Positions 1 to 9,384 of a stretch of DNA of 58,831 bases are shown here, in pieces; within the stretch, counting starts at the first letter, position 1, and each line of letters starts with the position of its first letter. Below the pieces are notes generated by a model. The model did no database searches and had not been told where the DNA came from. It saw only the letters and a program-made list of their open reading frames with translations. A program made the translations under genes and the position numbers. The stretch is from Acidimicrobiia bacterium (GTDB taxonomy: Bacteria; Actinomycetota; Acidimicrobiia; Spongiisociales; ZC4RG35): positions 1 to 58,831 of the forward strand of contig JALSJV010000205.1 of NCBI GenBank assembly GCA_026989215.1. The letters are read 5' to 3'.

Positions 1-738
1 CTCCTCCCGCTCCGCCCGTTCCGCCTCGCTGAGATGCGGGTAGTAGTCGCGCAACGCCAGGTTCCCGAAGGCGACGTGGCGGGCCTCGTCCGCCATCACA
101 TAGGCGTTGATGGCCTTGGCGAGGGGCTCGGTGGTCATGTCACGGATCATTCCGAAGGCAGCCAAGGCGAGCCCTTCGATCATCACCTGCATCCCCAGAT
201 AGGTCATGTCCCACCGATCGTCGGCGATGACCTGGTTCAGTAGCTCTCGGAGGGACGGATTGATCGGGTAGGCGAGTTCCAGCTTCTCTCGGAGGTACCG
301 GCTGTAGACCTCCACATGGCGAGCCTCGTCCATCACCTGGGTGGCGGCGTAGAACTTGGCGTCGATGTCGGGGACGGTGCCGACGACCTTCGAGGCGCAG
401 ATGAGCGCCCCCTGCTCCCCGTGGAGGAACTGGGAGGTCATCCAGGCCTGCTGATGGTGCCGGAGTCGGGCCCGTTCGTCCTCGGTCATCCGGTTCCAGA
501 TGTCCGAGCCGTAGATGGCGATCGTCTCCGAAGGGCGCGCCCCCTCGTCGGTGGGATCGACCTCGATCGACCAGTCGATCCGTTCCGAGGCGTTCCACTG
601 CCGATCCTTGCCCTTCTCGTAGAGGCGGAGGAGATGGTCCCTGGTCTCGTCGTAGTCCCAGTTGAACACGACCTCCCCCCCGAAGGGGGTCTGCCACCGG
701 GTCTCCTCCACGGGGAGTGCGTAGTGACGGGTGGACAT
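1..738 (-). CDS. ferritin-like diiron oxygenase family protein (AurF-like); C-terminus lies outside the window
   Basis: Not in the ORF track because it runs off the window. Manual translation of the minus strand from ATG (738-736) gives MSTRHYALPVEETRWQTPFGGEVVFNWDYDETRDHLLRLYEKGKDRQWNASERIDW... It stays open to position 1 and carries two DEARHV (ExxH) diiron-ligand motifs. Confidence 0.75.
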   Translation of the reverse strand, partial: MSTRHYALPVEETRWQTPFGGEVVFNWDYDETRDHLLRLYEKGKDRQWNASERIDWSIEVDPTDEGARPSETIAIYGSDIWNRMTEDERARLRHHQQAWMTSQFLHGEQGALICASKVVGTVPDIDAKFYAATQVMDEARHVEVYSRYLREKLELAYPINPSLRELLNQVIADDRWDMTYLGMQVMIEGLALAAFGMIRDMTTEPLAKAINAYVMADEARHVAFGNLALRDYYPHLSEAERAEREE

Positions 739-864
739 GGGCCCGAGGGTACCCGGCGCTCTCCGGGCGGAGCGGCCGAATCGGCCACGAGTTCCGGGCG
801 CGGGAATGCTCCCGACCCGATAGGGTGTTGTCCGAGGCGCGGGAGAAGACCGGAGGCAACGATC

Positions 865-1038
865 ATGCTGCTCGTTCTCGGCTGGGCCGGTGCCCAGGCC
901 GCGTACGACATCGCCCTCGATCGGGGATGGTCACAGCGCAGCCGGGGGCCGTGGCTGCCCGCCGCCGAGGTGGCGGCCCTCGGTGGCGCGCTCCTCGGCT
1001 ATCTGGCCGGCATGGCGCTGTGGCTGTTGGGAGCCTGA
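865..1038 (+). CDS. small hypothetical membrane protein (57 aa)
   Basis: Internal ATG of ORF 316..1038 (MLLVLGWAGAQAAY...MALWLLGA). GGAGG lies 8 nt upstream and both ends are hydrophobic. No family recognised. Confidence 0.35.
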   Translation: MLLVLGWAGAQAAYDIALDRGWSQRSRGPWLPAAEVAALGGALLGYLAGMALWLLGA

Positions 1039-1045
1039 CCGTCGC

Positions 1046-1465
1046 TCAGGGACGGACGATGTAGATCGTGAGCGACAGGTCCGGCCCTTCGCCGCTGCCC
1101 AGCCCGACCCCGACGACCTCGTTGAGCCAGGCCAGGTCTTCGTTGCCCGTCTGGAAGGTGATGAGCTCCTGGGGCATCGCCTCGGTCTTCGACTTCACGA
1201 TGGAGACGCCCGTCCCCCGGTAGGCCACCGTCTCCCGCTTCTCCCCGATGGTTGCGTGGATGTCGAGGTCCATGTTCCCGTCGGAACGAACCGTCACGTA
1301 GTCGACGCCCCGAACCGGCCGCTCGCCCTCCCAGTGGGGACTCGTCGCCGTCCCTTCGAAGGGGAAGTCGATCCGCGTGCCGCCGGGCATCTGTCCGAGC
1401 AGACGGGGGGTCATCGAGACCCTGATGGTGCAGAACTCCTCGAGCTGGGGCATCGTCTCCTCCAT
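1046..1465 (-). CDS. DUF3237-like (UPF0311) small beta-barrel protein
   Basis: C-terminal 139 aa of ORF 1046..1642, starting at MEETMPQLEEF (ATG 1465, in frame). The G.R..FPFEG...G.DY..VRSDG..LD pattern is typical of DUF3237. The upstream part of the ORF is Arg-rich junk. Confidence 0.6.
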   Translation of the reverse strand: MEETMPQLEEFCTIRVSMTPRLLGQMPGGTRIDFPFEGTATSPHWEGERPVRGVDYVTVRSDGNMDLDIHATIGEKRETVAYRGTGVSIVKSKTEAMPQELITFQTGNEDLAWLNEVVGVGLGSGEGPDLSLTIYIVRP

Positions 1466-1554
1466 CGATTCGGTTGCGGCCACGACGGTACCCGGAACGA
1501 ACCCGCCGCGCCGCCTCACCCGAGTCGTCTCCGGACGCCGCTCGGGGCGCCCGT

Positions 1555-2211
1555 TCAGGAACCTCCGGATCGGAGCTCGGAGGAGCTGCGCAGCAGCGCC
1601 ACCACCTCGGCGTCGCTCACCTGGCGGAAGTCGTCGTACCACGCCCCCACGGCGAGGAAATCCCGGGGCGTCGAGGGGCAGATGACCTCGTCGGCGACCC
1701 GTCTCAAGGAGCGGACCGTGTCCGCGGCCCCCACCGGAACGGCCAGCACCACCTGTGCCGCTCCTCCACGCCGCGCCGACTCGATGGCGGCCCGGGCCGT
1801 GAACCCGGTGGCGAGCCCATCATCGACGAGGATCGCCACCGCCCCGGTGAGGTCACGAGGGGGACGGCCCTCCCGGTAGATCTCGGCCCGGCGCCGCAGC
1901 TCGGCGTCTTCCCGACGTCGCACCTGTTCGACGTCCTCGGGCCGCACCCCGGTCGCGCGCACCACCTCGTCGTTGAGGAGCATCACCCCTCGTTCGGCGA
2001 TGGCGCCCATCCCCAGCTCCGGATGCCAGGGAACGCCGAGCTTGCGGACCACCAACACGTCGAGGGGCGCGTCGAGGGCCGCCGCCACCTCGGCCGCCAC
2101 CACCACCCCTCCTCGGGGCAGGCCCAGCACCACCGGAGCCGGAAAGGACCTCGCGGCCACCTCCCGGGCCAACACCCGTCCCGCCTCGACCCGATCCGCA
2201 TACCGCCTCAT
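1555..2211 (-). CDS. phosphoribosyltransferase-family protein (type I PRTase fold)
   Basis: ORF 1555..2229. PRPP-binding loop VAILVDDGLATGFT. N-terminus MRRYADRVEAGRVLA is typical of the 'putative phosphoribosyl transferase' family. The start at ATG 2211 is preferred but uncertain. Confidence 0.8.
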   Translation of the reverse strand: MRRYADRVEAGRVLAREVAARSFPAPVVLGLPRGGVVVAAEVAAALDAPLDVLVVRKLGVPWHPELGMGAIAERGVMLLNDEVVRATGVRPEDVEQVRRREDAELRRRAEIYREGRPPRDLTGAVAILVDDGLATGFTARAAIESARRGGAAQVVLAVPVGAADTVRSLRRVADEVICPSTPRDFLAVGAWYDDFRQVSDAEVVALLRSSSELRSGGS

Positions 2212-2298
2212 ACCCCATACATAGCGCACCGTCGGCGTCCACGGGAGGGTCCGAAGGCCCCGGGCGCGCTCAGCGTCCCTCCGAGAGGACGTCGGATC

Positions 2299-4869
2299 TC
2301 ACACCACGGGCGTCGCAGCCCGCTCCACCGGTTCATGCCCCCGTCGTCGGTGGTACCGCTCCCAGAGCGCCAACAGCGACGGGAGGACCAACACGGCCCC
2401 GACCAGCGAGAGCCCGATGGCGTAGACCGTGACCTGCCCCATCTGCTGGAAGGGCTTGAGCGACGAGGTCATGAGGATCCCGAAACCCGCCATCGTCGTG
2501 AACGCCGAACCCGCCAGAGCACCGCCGGTGTGGCGGGTCGTGGAGCGGAGGGCATCCTCGAGGTCGTCGAAGCGGACCCGATCCTCTTCGAACCGCCGGG
2601 CGATGTGGATCGTGAACGGAACGCCGATCCCCACCGCCAGGGCCGCCAAGGTGGCGGTCACCGGCCCGAAGGGGATCCCCGTCAGCCACATGAGCCCGAA
2701 GGTCCACAACACCACCAGCGCCACCGGGATCATCGTCAGCACCCCGAGGAAGGGCCGGCGGTTCTCGAACCAGAAGTTGATCATCAGCACCAGCGTGGCG
2801 ACGAGGATCGTCACGAGCAGCGACGACACCTGCGAGCTGGAGAGGGCCTGCACGATCACCGCGGTGATGATGTTCTCCGACGTCGGTGTCACCGCCAGGC
2901 CTTCGTCGGCGAGGGGCTGGAACGCCACCAGCAGACCCTCACGGAGCTCGCCGGCGCCCCGCTCGCCCGCCTGGGTCTGGATGTCGAACAGCGCGGCGTC
3001 GAAGGTGCCGCCTTCGGTGCGGTGCAGCACGCGGGTCATCTGCTCGGGGGCCGCCTCGGCCGCCAACGACCAGAGGGCGGCGACGTCGGTGTCGGGAGCG
3101 ACGGTCAGATCCTCACGGAGACCGAGGGCGACTGCCTTCTGGGCGAAGGCCGGATCGGGGGGAGCGCCGGTCGGTCCGGGGCGGAGGAGCTGGGCGATCA
3201 CCGAGACCGGGGAGTCGGCCGAGGCCACCCGTCCGGTGGGCAGATCGAAGGTGACGACCGCGTCGACGTCCGCCGACCGACGCCACGCCGACACGAGGGC
3301 GTTGTGGACCTCCGGCGTGGCCAGGTCGGTCCCGGTCGGGGCCTCGACCAGGACCTGCGTCGTCTCCCCAAACCCTCCGCCGAACTCCTCCTGGAGGATC
3401 CGAAGGGTCTGCACCGCCGGGGCGTCCTCGGGGAGGAAGTCGGTCACCGAGAACTCGGTCTCCAACTGGCTGAGACCGAAGGCCCCGACCACGCCCAACA
3501 CCAGGGTCACGACCAAGGTGGGGACCGCCGCCCGCTCGGCCAGGATCGCCGCCTTCTCCATCACGGCGGGGAGGAGCCGCTCCCCGGTCTGGGCCATCCC
3601 GTCGGTCGGCAGCCGTCCGGCCCGCTCGGCGCGACGGTCGGCCAGGAGTCGGACCGCAGGGACGAAGGTGAGCATCAGCACGAAGGCGACGAGGATGCCG
3701 ACGGCGGCGAGGATCCCGAAGTCCTTGAGGGCGGGCACCGGGTTGAACACGTTGGTGAGGAACCCGACCACCGTGGTCACGGTCGCCAACGCCAGCGCCA
3801 CGCCCACCGTTCCGATGGCTCGACGCACCCCTTCGGCGACGGTGCGACCCTCACCCACCTCCTCCCGGTAACGGGCGATCAGGTGGATGGCGTAGTCGAC
3901 ACCGAGCCCGATCAGCAGGATCGGGACGATCTGGGTGGGTGGGCTGAAGGCGTCGATGATCCCGGCCTGCAACAGGAGATACCCGATCCCCTGCATGAAG
4001 GTGATGGCGAGGAGGATCGTCACCATGGTGAGCCCCATGTCGGCCAGGGTCCGACGAATCGACGCCCCCCGACCGGTGTTCCCCCGCGGTTTCATCCAGA
4101 ACACGAAGAGGAGGATCGCCACGATGATGAGGGCCGCCATGGCGAACAGGCGTCCGATCTCGGCGTTGAAATCGCCCTGGTCCTCGAAGAGGAGGGCGAA
4201 GGAGAAGGGGCGCAGCTCGACGCCCGGGACGTCGACCTCCCGCACCGCGTCGGCGATCCGCTTCTCCAACGCGAGCTGTGCCTCGAAGGGGTCGCCACCT
4301 CCGGTCTCGGTCTGGAGGAAGACGAGGATGAGCCCGCTCGGCGCCTCCGCCGCCTCCGGGTTCCCGCCTCGGCCGAGGAGCCCGGTGAGGAACCCGACCT
4401 GTTCCTGCGGGGCGCGGCTCAGCGCCATCGTGTAGGTCTGTTTCACCGCGGCGTCGTCGAGCTGGTCGGCGGGGATCCCCTGGAACGCCAGCGCTCGCTC
4501 CACCGGGGTCAGGTAGGAGACGATGGCCGGGCGCTCCGGCCGGGAGCTGAGGGCGTCTCCTGCCGCGTCCCGGATGGCCTCGGTCGCCAAGGTGACCGCC
4601 CGGAGCGCATCGGCGGTGATCACGTCTCCCGTGCCGGACCGCACGATCACCTGCAGCACGCTCTCCGCCGAGTCCGCGCCGAACAGCTCCCCGATCCGTT
4701 CGGCGGCGGCGATCTCGGGGTTGTCGGGAGCGAATCCTTCATTGCCCTGGGCCACCTCGATGTTCCGGGCGAGGGAGCCGAACACCCCGAACAGCACGAT
4801 CGTGACGAGGACGATCGGGATCGGGAAACGGTCGGTGGCGCGGGCGAGAAGACGGATGATGGTCTTCAC
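2299..4869 (-). CDS. MMPL/RND-superfamily membrane transporter
   Basis: ORF 2299..4908. It has two 6-TM bundles, each followed by a large soluble loop (MMPL architecture). I moved the start to GTG 4869 (VKTIIRLL...), which has GGAGGA 6 nt upstream. Confidence 0.9.
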   Translation of the reverse strand: MKTIIRLLARATDRFPIPIVLVTIVLFGVFGSLARNIEVAQGNEGFAPDNPEIAAAERIGELFGADSAESVLQVIVRSGTGDVITADALRAVTLATEAIRDAAGDALSSRPERPAIVSYLTPVERALAFQGIPADQLDDAAVKQTYTMALSRAPQEQVGFLTGLLGRGGNPEAAEAPSGLILVFLQTETGGGDPFEAQLALEKRIADAVREVDVPGVELRPFSFALLFEDQGDFNAEIGRLFAMAALIIVAILLFVFWMKPRGNTGRGASIRRTLADMGLTMVTILLAITFMQGIGYLLLQAGIIDAFSPPTQIVPILLIGLGVDYAIHLIARYREEVGEGRTVAEGVRRAIGTVGVALALATVTTVVGFLTNVFNPVPALKDFGILAAVGILVAFVLMLTFVPAVRLLADRRAERAGRLPTDGMAQTGERLLPAVMEKAAILAERAAVPTLVVTLVLGVVGAFGLSQLETEFSVTDFLPEDAPAVQTLRILQEEFGGGFGETTQVLVEAPTGTDLATPEVHNALVSAWRRSADVDAVVTFDLPTGRVASADSPVSVIAQLLRPGPTGAPPDPAFAQKAVALGLREDLTVAPDTDVAALWSLAAEAAPEQMTRVLHRTEGGTFDAALFDIQTQAGERGAGELREGLLVAFQPLADEGLAVTPTSENIITAVIVQALSSSQVSSLLVTILVATLVLMINFWFENRRPFLGVLTMIPVALVVLWTFGLMWLTGIPFGPVTATLAALAVGIGVPFTIHIARRFEEDRVRFDDLEDALRSTTRHTGGALAGSAFTTMAGFGILMTSSLKPFQQMGQVTVYAIGLSLVGAVLVLPSLLALWERYHRRRGHEPVERAATPVV

Positions 4870-4970
4870 GAAGAGTCCTCCGAGGTTCGAGGTGGCGCCC
4901 GGCGGCATCCCGGACGGGCGGCCCCGAGGTTAGGGGCGTTCACCCACTAGCGGAAATCGACCGGCCGTCG

Positions 4971-6065
4971 TCAACGGTGGGCGAGCCGATCGAGCTCGGC
5001 GGCAAGCACCTCGAGGAATCGCCGGTTCTCCTCGTCCGAGCCCACCGTGACCCGGACCCACCCCTTCGACAGCCCACGGATCACCACCCCGTGCCCCAAG
5101 AAGGTGTCGGCCGTCAGGGCGGTGTCCGGGCCGGGACGGAAGAACACGAAGTTGGTCTGGCTCGGCACGTACGGCACGCCGAGCTCGGCCAGGCCCCGCT
5201 CCAGGAGCTCCCGCCCGGCGCGATTGAGCTGCCGCCGCTCCGCCACCCGCTCGGGATGCCGGAGCGCCTCCACCGCCGCGACCTGGGCGAGGGAGTTCAC
5301 CGAGAACGGCGCTTGGGGGCGTCGCAACTCGGCGACCGTCTCCGCCTGTCCGACGACGTACCCGATTCGAAGGCCCGCCAACCCGTAGATCTTCGAGAGG
5401 GTCCGGGCGACCACCAGATTGGGGTGGTCACCCACCAGCCCGATCGCCGAGTGATGCCCCTCGGCGGTGACGTACTCGTGATAGGCCTCGTCGACCACGA
5501 CCAGCACATCGGACGGCACCCGGTCGACGAAACGGGCCACCTGGTCGGGGGCGAGCAACGTCCCCGTCGGGTTGTTCGGATTGCACAGGTACACGATCGT
5601 CGTGTCGTCTCGCAGGGCCGCGAGCATCGCCTCGGTGTCGTGCACCATGGCGTCGTCGAGGGGAACCTCGATCGGCTCGGACATCGCCAGGGTCGTGGCC
5701 AGTCGGTAGATCACGAACGACGGCCACCCATAGAGAGCCGACGTGCCCGGGCCGCCCACGGCCAGGGCCATGATCCGAAGGAGTTCCGAGGAACCGGCCC
5801 CCACCCAGATCTGGTCCGGCTCCACACCGAGATGGGCGGCGATCGCCTCCCGGGCCTCCCGGGCGTCGTTGTCCGGGTACCGGTGGATCGTACCGGCGGC
5901 GGCGGCCACCGCTGCTTGAACCTCGGGGAACGGCGGCAGAGGGCATTCGTTCGACGCCAGCTTGATGACGTCGGAGACGTCGAGCCCCCACTCGCGGGCG
6001 ACGTCGACGATCGACTTCCCGGGCCGGTAGGGGGGGATCTCTCGGAGGTCGGGCCGGATACGCAT
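4971..6065 (-). CDS. hisC: histidinol-phosphate aminotransferase
   Basis: C-terminal 364 aa of ORF 4971..6977: MRIRPDLREIPPYRPG..., NPNNPTG, and the PLP-lysine motif LSKIYGLAGLRIGY. ATG 6065 is in frame. The rest of the 668-aa ORF overlaps the next gene. Confidence 0.9.
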   Translation of the reverse strand: MRIRPDLREIPPYRPGKSIVDVAREWGLDVSDVIKLASNECPLPPFPEVQAAVAAAAGTIHRYPDNDAREAREAIAAHLGVEPDQIWVGAGSSELLRIMALAVGGPGTSALYGWPSFVIYRLATTLAMSEPIEVPLDDAMVHDTEAMLAALRDDTTIVYLCNPNNPTGTLLAPDQVARFVDRVPSDVLVVVDEAYHEYVTAEGHHSAIGLVGDHPNLVVARTLSKIYGLAGLRIGYVVGQAETVAELRRPQAPFSVNSLAQVAAVEALRHPERVAERRQLNRAGRELLERGLAELGVPYVPSQTNFVFFRPGPDTALTADTFLGHGVVIRGLSKGWVRVTVGSDEENRRFLEVLAAELDRLAHR

Positions 6066-6097
6066 GGGACCCGAGAGGATACGCCTTCCGTCGGAGG

Positions 6098-6745
6098 TCA
6101 GGCTCCGAGGCCCCGAAACTCCCAGTGCCAGGTCTCGTTGGAGATCGGATACCAGCCGAACCGCCAGGCGTTGCGGTCGAGCCACTGCCATTCGGGGGAT
6201 GACCGGCCGATGATCTGCCCGTTGGTGACGTCGACCGCCAGCCCGACGCCGTGCTCGCTCCGGCCGGGCGGCAGGACGTTGGCGCGCTTCTCGCCCGAAA
6301 GGTACGCCTGGTACGCCCGGTTCTGGGACTCCCAGGACCGGTAGGCGTCGGTGACCCGCAGGTCGATGCCGTCGGCGGCGGCCGCCGCCCGCATCTGCTC
6401 CCATGCCTCGGCGGCCGGTGGGAGGAGGAGGGGCTGGCCGACCCATCCGCCGCTCACCTCGACGAGGATCCCCTCGCCCCCGAGGCGCCCGTTCCGCTCC
6501 CTGATCCCCTCGGCGGCGAGGTACTGCGTCAGCTCCGAGGCGGTCATCACCCCACGGGGGGCCGGCCCAAGGGCCACGAGCGACGACGAGAGAGGAGCGA
6601 ACACGGGCGGCGGCGGACCCGCCGGCGTGCTCCCGAGCTTGGCGTCGAGGATCTCGGCGAAGCGTCCACCGGGTTCGGGCAGGCCGAGACGAGACCGGAT
6701 CTCGGCGATCCGGCCCATCACCTGGGAGATGTGGTCGATGGCCAC
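6098..6745 (-). CDS. M15-family D-alanyl-D-alanine carboxypeptidase (VanY-like)
   Basis: ORF 6098..6745. Contains the YRSWESQ and SEHGVGLAVD zinc-ligand motifs and the C-terminal WHWEF of VanY/M15B peptidases. Confidence 0.8.
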   Translation of the reverse strand: MAIDHISQVMGRIAEIRSRLGLPEPGGRFAEILDAKLGSTPAGPPPPVFAPLSSSLVALGPAPRGVMTASELTQYLAAEGIRERNGRLGGEGILVEVSGGWVGQPLLLPPAAEAWEQMRAAAAADGIDLRVTDAYRSWESQNRAYQAYLSGEKRANVLPPGRSEHGVGLAVDVTNGQIIGRSSPEWQWLDRNAWRFGWYPISNETWHWEFRGLGA

Positions 6746-6822
6746 GGTCCTCCCGTCGGCCGATGCGGCTTCGGCTTGCGCGACCTCCCAGACGTCGCCC
6801 TCCGTGTGCCAAACTCGCAGCC

Positions 6823-8904
6823 ATGAGCGAGACGCTGCAGATCCTCGACCCGCACGGCCGTCTCGTCGGAACCGACCCGGGTCTCGACACCGAGCAACTC
6901 CGCGAGATGTACCGGCTCATGGTCCTGGCCCGAACCTTCGACCGGCGGATGATGGCCCTCCAGCGCCAAGGTCGCATCGGAACCTATGCCCCCCTGGAGG
7001 GCCAAGAGGCCGTCCAGATCGGATCGGCCATGGCGCTGGCGCCCCACGACTTCTTCTTCCCTTCGTACCGTGAACACGGAACCCTGGTCGCCCGCGGCGT
7101 CCCGCTCTCGGTGCTGATCGCCTACTGGCGGGGCCTCCCCAACGCCGACTGGGACGTGGTCGGGTTCCGGGCGGGGATCACCACGATCCCCATCGCCAGC
7201 CAGCTCGCCCACGCGGTCGGATATTCGTATCTGTCGAAGCTGCGGGGCGACGGCGCCGTGACCATGGTCGCCTTCGGTGACGGGGCCACGTCGGAGACGG
7301 ACTTCCATTCCGGCATGAACTTCGCCGGGGTGTGGCGCACCCCGACCGTGTTCCTCTGCGCCAACAACGGCTACGCCATCTCGGTCCCGTACCACCGCCA
7401 GACCGCGTCCGAGACGATCGCTCAGAAGGCGGCGGCCTACGGCTTCGAAGGGGTCAGGGTCGACGGGATGGATCCCCTGGCGGTCTTCGCCGCCACCGAG
7501 GCCGCCACCGAACGCGCCCGCTCCGGAGAGGGACCGACCCTGATCGAGGCCATCACCTACCGATACGGGCCCCACGGGACCGCCGACGACCCCCATCGGT
7601 ATCGGGGCGAGGACGAGGAACGGAGGTGGCGGGAGAAGGATCCGATCGCCCGACTGGCGTCGTTCCTGCGTGAGCGCGGGGAGCTCGACGACGAGACGGA
7701 GCAGCAGATCGCCGACGAGGCGAGCCGCCAGATCGACGAGGCCGTCGCCGAGGTGGAGGCCATCCCCTTGCCCGGCCGTGACGAGGTCGTCCGCCACGCG
7801 TTCGCCCGGATCCCCCGGCTCGTCGTGGACCAACTCCACGCGTTCCAGCGGGCCGCCGGCGAGCCCGAGACCTCCTTCGGGCCCGACGAGGTGTGGGAGG
7901 TCGCCGACGACCCCACACCCGACGGCCCGACGGAGCGCTGGACGATGGCGGAGGCGATCAACGCCGCCCTCGACGAGGCGATGCAGGCGAATCCCGAGAC
8001 GATCGTCCTCGGCGAGGACGTCGGCCTCTCCGGCGGCGTCTTCCGGATCACCGAGCACCTCCAGGAACGGTACGGACCGGACCGGGTGATCGACACCCCG
8101 CTCAACGAGTCCGGGATCGTCGGCACCGCCATCGGCATGGCGATCGCCGGCGCCCGGCCGATCGCCGAGATCCAGTTCGACGGGTTCGTCTACCCGGCGT
8201 TCGACCAGATCGTGAGCCATCTCGGTCGGTATCGGTACCGGACCCGGGGCAACGTGTCGGTGCCGGTGGTGGTGCGGTTCCCCAATGGCGGCGGGATCGG
8301 CGCCCACGAGCACCACTGCGACTCTCCCGAGGCCTACTTCGTCCACGCCCCTGGGCTGGTCGTCATCTGCCCGTCGACCGCCTTCGACGCCAAGGGGCTC
8401 CTCGCCGCCGCCCTCGAAGGAGACGATCCGGTCATCTTCCTGGAGCCGAAGGTCCTCTACCGGGCCCAGCGGGAGGACGTCCCCGTCGGTCGGTACACGC
8501 TGCCGATCGGACGAGCCCGAATTCGGCGCCCGGGCGACGACGTCACCCTCGTCACCTACGGGGGGCTCGTACCGGTCTGCCTCGAAGCCGCCTCCACCCT
8601 CGCCGAGGAAGGGGTCGCGGTCGAGGTGATCGACCTGCGGACCCTGTTCCCCTGGGACCGGGAGACGGTCCTGGGGTCCGTCGAACGGACCGGACGCCTG
8701 GTCCTGGTCCAAGAGCCCCCCGCCAGTGCCGGGATGGCCGCCGAGGTCGCGGCCACGGTCGCCTCGGAGGCGATGTTCTCCCTCGAATCCCCGATCGTCA
8801 GGGTGACGGGGATGGACGTCCCGTGGCCTCAGTTCGCCATCGAGCGGCACGCCCTCGTCGACGTCCCCCAGATCATCGCCGGAATCCGGCAGGCGTTGGA
8901 GTGA
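6823..8904 (+). CDS. fused thiamine-diphosphate-dependent 2-oxoacid dehydrogenase E1 component (alpha + beta in one chain)
   Basis: ORF 6763..8904 from ATG 6823 (MSETLQILD...). The N-terminal half has E1-alpha motifs (YREHG, GDGATSETDFHSGMNFA). The C-terminal half has E1-beta motifs (RVIDTPLNESGIVGTAIGMA, EPKVLYR). Confidence 0.9.
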   Translation: MSETLQILDPHGRLVGTDPGLDTEQLREMYRLMVLARTFDRRMMALQRQGRIGTYAPLEGQEAVQIGSAMALAPHDFFFPSYREHGTLVARGVPLSVLIAYWRGLPNADWDVVGFRAGITTIPIASQLAHAVGYSYLSKLRGDGAVTMVAFGDGATSETDFHSGMNFAGVWRTPTVFLCANNGYAISVPYHRQTASETIAQKAAAYGFEGVRVDGMDPLAVFAATEAATERARSGEGPTLIEAITYRYGPHGTADDPHRYRGEDEERRWREKDPIARLASFLRERGELDDETEQQIADEASRQIDEAVAEVEAIPLPGRDEVVRHAFARIPRLVVDQLHAFQRAAGEPETSFGPDEVWEVADDPTPDGPTERWTMAEAINAALDEAMQANPETIVLGEDVGLSGGVFRITEHLQERYGPDRVIDTPLNESGIVGTAIGMAIAGARPIAEIQFDGFVYPAFDQIVSHLGRYRYRTRGNVSVPVVVRFPNGGGIGAHEHHCDSPEAYFVHAPGLVVICPSTAFDAKGLLAAALEGDDPVIFLEPKVLYRAQREDVPVGRYTLPIGRARIRRPGDDVTLVTYGGLVPVCLEAASTLAEEGVAVEVIDLRTLFPWDRETVLGSVERTGRLVLVQEPPASAGMAAEVAATVASEAMFSLESPIVRVTGMDVPWPQFAIERHALVDVPQIIAGIRQALE

Positions 8905-9383
8905 AGCGGATTCGGGCGACACGGTCCACGCTGTTCGGTCGTGAGTACGAGCTCACGGCCGACGACCGTCCCATCGGGTCGTTCCGGGCGATGACCCCGG
9001 CCGGACACGGAACGCTGCGGCTGGGGCGGCGGGTGTGGGCCGCCCGTCGCGAAGGGGTCTTCCGCGGGGCGTGGAACCTGTTCGCCCGTGACGATCAGCC
9101 GCCGGTGATGCGAGCCTGGCGGCCCTCCGCCTTCCGCAACGCCGTGGTGATCGCTGCCGACGGCACCGAATGGGAGATCCACCTCGGGTCCTTCGGGAAC
9201 CGCATCACGGTCACCCAGGACGGGGAGGAAGTGGGGGGCGGCAGGACCACCTGGTCCTCTCGGTACCTGGAGCTGGAGGTCCCCGAGCGCTGGCCCGACC
9301 TGTGGGCGGCGTTCTCGCTGTGGATGGCGGTCTGGCTGGCGCGGCGGCGGGGGGCGGCGGCGGTCGCCGGGGGAGGTCGGTGA
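8901..9383 (+). CDS. hypothetical protein with C-terminal TM helix
   Basis: GTG 8901 overlaps the E1 stop (GTGA). The frame is that of ORF 7893..9383 (VKRIRATRSTLFGREYELTADDRPIGSF...LWAAFSLWMAVWLA). Coding-like composition; no family recognised. Confidence 0.5.
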   Translation: MKRIRATRSTLFGREYELTADDRPIGSFRAMTPAGHGTLRLGRRVWAARREGVFRGAWNLFARDDQPPVMRAWRPSAFRNAVVIAADGTEWEIHLGSFGNRITVTQDGEEVGGGRTTWSSRYLELEVPERWPDLWAAFSLWMAVWLARRRGAAAVAGGGR

Positions 9384-9384
9384 C

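Noticed and set aside
1555-2211. PRTase-family gene as half of a split PRTase + dienelactone hydrolase fusion, with the hydrolase at 29637..30275
   Set aside because: The two genes are 27 kb apart, on opposite strands and in unrelated operons. There is no sequence evidence of a recent split, and the idea rests only on my recollection that the two domains are fused in some mycobacterial proteins.
1474-4950. 1158-aa plus-strand ORF, the longest in this part of the track
   Set aside because: It is antisense to the MMPL transporter and PRTase genes. The translation is Arg/Gly/Pro/His/Asp-rich low-complexity sequence with no motifs, which is a typical high-GC antisense artefact. The same reasoning applies to 6718..8922(-), 13712..15394(+), 16085..17860(-), 21304..22710(+), 39156..41642(+), 39196..41481(-), 49225..50979(+), 50546..53023(-) and 54315..56260(+).
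4971-6977. 668-aa ORF suggesting a much longer hisC product
   Set aside because: Only the C-terminal 364 aa is aminotransferase-like. The N-terminal 300 aa is Arg/Pro-rich junk that overlaps the well-supported M15 peptidase gene in another frame.
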